Assembly (NCBI GenBank): GCA_965203905.1
Contig: CBDBDQ010000005.1
Coordinates: 3,040,001 to 3,104,000, forward strand
Length of the DNA: 64,000 bases
Source of the DNA: Spirochaetia bacterium
GTDB taxonomy: Bacteria > Spirochaetota > Spirochaetia > SZUA-6 > Bin103
Direction of reading: 5' to 3'
Shown: piece by piece, positions 59,608-64,000 of the stretch
Layout of the letters: each line of letters opens with the position of its first letter
How positions within the stretch are numbered: position 1 is the stretch's first letter
Notes under the pieces: model-generated
What the model was told of the DNA's origin: nothing
What the model saw: the letters and a program-made list of their open reading frames with translations, nothing else
The model's database searches: none
Program-made: the position numbers and the translations under genes

Positions 59608-61137
59608 TTAGCGGCGCCGCCACCATACCATTGCGCCGGCGATCAGCACCAGGAGCGGCAGCAGTCCGGCGCTGGACAGGTTGAAGAAGCGCGCCTCCTC
59701 CGGGCTCAGCACCAGCCGCCGCACCGGCAGCACCTTGCGGTCCACCGAGATGATCTCCTCGCCGTACGCGAGCTGGTTCACCAGGGTCAGGAACAGGTCG
59801 CTGTTGGCGCCGTTGCGGAAGTGCTGGTTGGCCGCGAAGTCGGAGTCGCCCAGCACGGCGAGGCGGGTGGTCAGATTCGGGTCTTCCTCGCCCGGCGGCT
59901 GGCGCAACAGCAGCGCGCCCATCGCCAGCGGTCCCTGCAGATCCTCCTCGGGATCGAACTGCGGCTCGGCGTCGGTGAACGGCCGCATTTCCTGCCACCC
60001 CTCCGGCGTGGTCCACGCCAGGGGCACGATCTGGACCTCGTCCGGCGGGTCGGGCAGCGGCAGCACCGCGGTGACGCCGGGGAAGTAGAGGTCGGTGAGC
60101 TGCAGGTTGTTGCGGTTGCGCGCCACCAGCGGGTTGTCGACGTTGGGCACCACGTGCGAGGCGGGATCGACCAGGGTGCCGTCGCGGATGTCCAGCCACC
60201 ACTTGCGCAGCAGCTCGCGCAGCTCCTCCTGCGGATCGGGATTCAACAGCAGCAGCATGCGACCGCCCTGCTGCAGGTACTGGTCCAGGATCTCCAGCTC
60301 GTTGGCGGAGATCGGCTGCCGTGGCCCGGCCACCACCAACGCGGCGGCGTTTTCGGGCACCGCGCCGAAGCGCAGCAGGTCGAGCTGCGCCACCTGGAAC
60401 AGGTTGTCGCGCAGGCCGCTGCGCGCGCTGTCGTAGTCGCCGGAGATAGTGCTCTCGCCGTGGCCGGTGAGGAAGTAGACGATGCGCTGCCTGGTGCCGG
60501 TCACCTCCAGGATCGCGCTGGTGAAGGCGTGCTCTGCCTCGAAGCCGATCTGCGGCCCGAACACCTGGCGCTGGCCGGCGCTGCCCACGAACACCATGGT
60601 ACCGAGGCTGGCGGCGGCCGGACCGATGCGGTACTGCCGCGCCAGGTCGGGGCGCAGCTCCGGGTCCTCGTTGCGCACCGTCAACAGGTCGGTATAGTTC
60701 CGATACTCCGCCAGCAGGCTGTGGCCGTACTCGCTCGTCGCGAGCAGGCGCGGGTCGGTGGGGTTGAAGAACGACACCACCTCGACCGGCTCCTCCAGCT
60801 CCTCCAGCACTTCCTTGGTCTGGGTGGTCAGGGTGAACTGCGAAATGCCGGTGAAGTCGAAGCGGTGGTGGACGCGCACGCTGATCGCGTTGGCCATCAG
60901 CACGATGCCCAGGACCAGCGCCATGCCGGCGCCGGCGCCGAGGCCGAACAGGCCGCGGCGGCTGGCGAGCGCGCCGCTCACGCGGCGGAAGTCGAGGACC
61001 ACCGCGGCGGCGACCAGCGCCGCGCCGAGGCCCACGATGATGTAGGTGATGACCCGGATCGACGGCATCACGAAGCCGAGGATCCACGCCACGAGCAGCG
61101 TGGCCAGGCCGACGACGGCGAGCACCGAGGTGGACAT
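59608..61137 (-). CDS. GldG-family ABC auxiliary membrane protein (copy 2)
   Basis: RFDFTG..QFTLTTQT, EDPELRPDLARQY, YFLTGHGE, GDSDFA, WWRRR. Confidence 0.9.
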   Translation of the reverse strand: MSTSVLAVVGLATLLVAWILGFVMPSIRVITYIIVGLGAALVAAAVVLDFRRVSGALASRRGLFGLGAGAGMALVLGIVLMANAISVRVHHRFDFTGISQFTLTTQTKEVLEELEEPVEVVSFFNPTDPRLLATSEYGHSLLAEYRNYTDLLTVRNEDPELRPDLARQYRIGPAAASLGTMVFVGSAGQRQVFGPQIGFEAEHAFTSAILEVTGTRQRIVYFLTGHGESTISGDYDSARSGLRDNLFQVAQLDLLRFGAVPENAAALVVAGPRQPISANELEILDQYLQQGGRMLLLLNPDPQEELRELLRKWWLDIRDGTLVDPASHVVPNVDNPLVARNRNNLQLTDLYFPGVTAVLPLPDPPDEVQIVPLAWTTPEGWQEMRPFTDAEPQFDPEEDLQGPLAMGALLLRQPPGEEDPNLTTRLAVLGDSDFAANQHFRNGANSDLFLTLVNQLAYGEEIISVDRKVLPVRRLVLSPEEARFFNLSSAGLLPLLVLIAGAMVWWRRR

Positions 61138-61853
61138 CAGCGCCACCTCCCCACTTCGATGGAACGCACCGAGAGGTAGAGGAACAGCAGGGCGACGGTG
61201 ACGTAGTAGACCACGCCGCGCGTGTCCACGACGCCGCGCGCGAAGTCGGTGAAGTAGGTGGACAGCGAGAACAGCGACAGGACGTCGCCCAATGCCCCCG
61301 GAGCCAGGCCGCCCAGAACGCCGAGGAACCACAGCCCGAACAGGATGCCGCCGGCGACCACCGCGGAGACGATCTGGTTGGCGGTGATCGACGAGGCGAA
61401 GACCCCCACCGCCGCGCACGCGCCGCCCAGCAGGAACAGCCCCAGGTAACTGGTCGCCATCGGCCCGATGTCAGGGTCGCCGAACGCCAGCAGCATGATC
61501 GGGTAGTACAGGGTCAGCACCAGCATGGCGCTGAGCATCGCCAGCGCCCCCAGGAACTTGCCCGCCACGATCTCCACGTCGCGCACCGGGACGGTGAGCA
61601 GCAGCTCCCAGGTGCCGACCTTCTTTTCTTCCGACACCAGCCGCATGGTGAGCACGGCGGCGAACAGCAGCACCAGGAAGCGGGCGGCGTTCAGGAAACC
61701 GCGAATGCTGGTGTCCGCGTAGCCGATGCCGGCCAGATAGGTGATGAAGAAGGTACCGGTCAGCGCCAGGAACACCGCCGTGACGACGTACGCCATCGGC
61801 GAGCCCAGGTAGGTGCCGAGCTCCTTGCGCGCTATGGTGGCGACGTTCTTCAT
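61137..61853 (-). CDS. ABC-2 permease, GldF-like (copy 2)
   Basis: RKELGTYLGSPMAY, MRLVSEEKK.GTWE, NQIVSA. Confidence 0.9.
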   Translation of the reverse strand: MKNVATIARKELGTYLGSPMAYVVTAVFLALTGTFFITYLAGIGYADTSIRGFLNAARFLVLLFAAVLTMRLVSEEKKVGTWELLLTVPVRDVEIVAGKFLGALAMLSAMLVLTLYYPIMLLAFGDPDIGPMATSYLGLFLLGGACAAVGVFASSITANQIVSAVVAGGILFGLWFLGVLGGLAPGALGDVLSLFSLSTYFTDFARGVVDTRGVVYYVTVALLFLYLSVRSIEVGRWR

Positions 61854-62845
61854 TCTTCGGCTCCGTCGGTGCTGGCGGCATCGGTTTCGTCGTCGTCGGT
61901 GGCGGCGCCGTTGGCCTCATCCGTCTGGTCGTCCTCGGTGGTGAGCTGCAGAAAGATCTCCTCCAGGCTCATGGTCACCGTCTCCATGCCGGTCAGGGTC
62001 CAGCCGCGCGCCACGATGGCGGCGGTGATCTCGCCGTGCGGCTGCGCGCCGGCGGCGAACTCCACCAGGTGATCCGGCTCCCGGAAGGCGACGCCGGCGA
62101 CGCCCGCAACCGCCTCCAGCGCCGCGGACACCTCGTCGGCGGGGCCGTCCACCCGCAGCCGCAGCCGTTCCGCCCCGCTCACCATGGAGGAGAGCCGGTC
62201 GATGCTGTCCTCGGCCACGATCCTGCCCTGGTGGATGATGATCACCCGCTCGCACACCATGCTCACCTCGGGCAGGATGTGGCTGGAGAGCAGAATGGTG
62301 CGGTTCTCGCCCAGCTCCTTGATCAACTGGCGCGTCTGCGCCACCTGGATCGGATCGATGCCGATGGTCGGCTCATCCAGAATCAGCACCTCCGGATCGT
62401 GGATGATCGATTGCGCCAGCCCGACCCGCTGGCGGAAGCCCTTGGACAGCTTGGATGTCTGGACGTTGTAGTACTCCTCCAGCGCGCATTGCTCCACCAC
62501 GTCGTCGATGCGGCCGCGCACGGCGCGCCGCTCCACCCCGCGCAGCCGGGCCACGTACTCCAGGTAGCCGCGGGTGGTCATCTCCGTGTACAGGGGCACC
62601 ACCTCCGGGAGATAGCCGATGTGGCGCCTTCCCTCCAGCGACTCGGTGGCCATGTTGTGCTCGCCGACCCACGCGTCGCCGCGGGTCGGCATCAGAAACC
62701 CGGTGATGATGCGCATGGTGGTCGACTTGCCGGCGCCGTTGGGCCCCAGGAAACCCACGATCTCGCCCTGTTCGACGGAAAAGCTCAGGTCGTCCACGGC
62801 CAGACGCTCGCCATAGTACTTGGTGAGATGCTCGATACGTATCAT
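61850..62845 (-). CDS. ABC-2 exporter ATP-binding protein, GldA-like (copy 2)
   Basis: GPNGAGKST, LSKGFRQRVGLAQ, LDEPTIGIDP; acidic tail as in copy 1. Confidence 0.92.
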   Translation of the reverse strand: MIRIEHLTKYYGERLAVDDLSFSVEQGEIVGFLGPNGAGKSTTMRIITGFLMPTRGDAWVGEHNMATESLEGRRHIGYLPEVVPLYTEMTTRGYLEYVARLRGVERRAVRGRIDDVVEQCALEEYYNVQTSKLSKGFRQRVGLAQSIIHDPEVLILDEPTIGIDPIQVAQTRQLIKELGENRTILLSSHILPEVSMVCERVIIIHQGRIVAEDSIDRLSSMVSGAERLRLRVDGPADEVSAALEAVAGVAGVAFREPDHLVEFAAGAQPHGEITAAIVARGWTLTGMETVTMSLEEIFLQLTTEDDQTDEANGAATDDDETDAASTDGAEE

Positions 62846-62877
62846 GGATGATCAAAACCGCGTTGGCGGTATCCGAG

Positions 62878-62906
62878 ACGTTACGGGTCTGTAGGCGTAT
62901 TGTCAA
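62878..62906 (-). promoter_or_regulatory. Putative sigma70 promoter for the copy-2 gld-like operon
   Basis: TTGACA-17 bp-TAACGT on the minus strand, about 30 nt upstream of the ATG at 62845. Confidence 0.55.
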
Positions 62907-63054
62907 CGTCGACGGCCCGCCCGTGGGCAGGAATCAGGGCGGTACCGCTCAGCGCGTTCCGTCGAGTCTGCGGAGCACACCTGCGAAGGCCCTGAACGAG
63001 GCCGGATTCTTGACATCCTCCCACGCCCGTGGCATCGTACTTACGGAGAATACA

Positions 63055-64000
63055 ATGCCCGATCCGAGTACCAAAGCAAGCGACGACATTGAGCGACTGT
63101 TCGACGAAGATCCTGCAAGAGTCATAGAACAAGATCTCAGTCACCCACCAACCGAAGCCGTGGTCACCGCGTCGGATTGGACTACGGAGACCATTCTCAG
63201 TCAGATCGAGAAAGGAAACATCGACTTGAATCCGCGATTTCAACGGCGAGAGGCGTGGAACGATAAACGTAAGAGCGAATTCATAGAGTCGTTGTTCCTT
63301 GGACTTCCTGTGCCACAGTTGGTGCTTGCAGAAAAACCGAATCATCGTGGTACATACATCGTTGTCGACGGCAAGCAAAGGCTGCTCGCAATACGACGCT
63401 TCGGCGCGAACGACAAAGACGGAGGATTCTCTCCGCTACGTCGCAGTGGACTTGAAGTGCGATCCGATCTGAACGGAAAGAGCCTAAGAACCATGCGGCT
63501 GGAATCTGCTCTTACCGAGCACGTTTCCTGGTATGAGAATCAGACCATTCGTACGGTTATCGTACGTAACTGGAAACAGGAAGAGTTTCTCTACCGGGTG
63601 TTCTTGCGCCTCAATATGGGGACCTTGCCACTCTCCAGTCAGGAACTGAGACAGGCGCTGCATCCAGGTCCTTTTGTCGATTTTGCGGACGAACAGAGCT
63701 CTGCCAGTGAGGCAATTCAGAAAGCTCTCCACCTGGAAAAGCCAGATTTCCGGATGCGAGACATCGAAATTCTGGTAAGATTCTTTGGGTTTCACGAACG
63801 ACTCTGGAATATCACGGAAACCTGAAGAAGTTCCTGGATGACACGTGCGACACGCTAAACAAAGATTGGGATCGGCGAAGGGATGAGATCAAAGCAGCCG
63901 CTGAGCAGTGTGATCTTGCTATAGGGACAACCATTGAGATCTTTGGCAGTGACGCATTCCGCAGATGGGACAAGAGCCGGTATGTAGGTCCGTTCAACCG
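63055..64000 (+). CDS. DUF262 (ParB/GmrS-like) domain protein, frameshift at about 63803, runs off the window
   Basis: FQRREAW, FIESLFLGLPVP, VDGKQRL, FLRLN.G..LS; continues as EYHGNLKKFLD…FG.DAFR in another frame; TTGACA at 63010. Confidence 0.85.

Noticed and set aside
51921-62845. Gliding motility or type IX secretion locus
   Set aside because: Only GldA/F/G-like ABC components are present; there are no GldK/L/M/N, Spr or Agl/Glt genes, and such ABC modules occur widely in non-gliding bacteria

Overview
High-GC bacterial DNA with no rRNA, tRNA, CRISPR array or intact IS transposase that I can see. The solute-binding protein N-termini (…AFAAGGTE, …AFAAGEEE, …AYAAAEGEQ) resemble those of Spirochaetia; this taxonomy is inference only. 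Most of the window is catabolic and uptake genes: two complete carbohydrate ABC modules plus a partial one, two peptide/nickel (family 5) ABC importers, three PhyH Fe/2OG dioxygenases, a CehA/McbA metallohydrolase, a BNR sialidase-like protein, an atypical GH32, a sulfatase, C45 and GGT Ntn-hydrolases, an HpcH aldolase and a PAL-like NHL lyase. Small toxin-antitoxin/defence cassettes and relics sit between these operons: Rpn with an internal antitoxin start, VapBC, UPF0175-DUF3368, HEPN, AAA-PD-(D/E)XK, DUF5678-retropepsin and DUF262. The most unusual architecture is at 41.9-62.8 kb. It has two convergent paralogous GldA/GldF/GldG-like ABC + DUF4340 modules, a membrane-anchored PQQ-type beta-propeller, a PrsA/SurA-like foldase, a Cys-rich exported protein and the scattered subunits of one Opp-type importer, making it a candidate envelope export/folding system. 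Six frameshifts all look like single-base losses in short runs, so they may be sequencing artefacts rather than true pseudogenes. All family assignments come from motif recognition by eye; no database searches were run.
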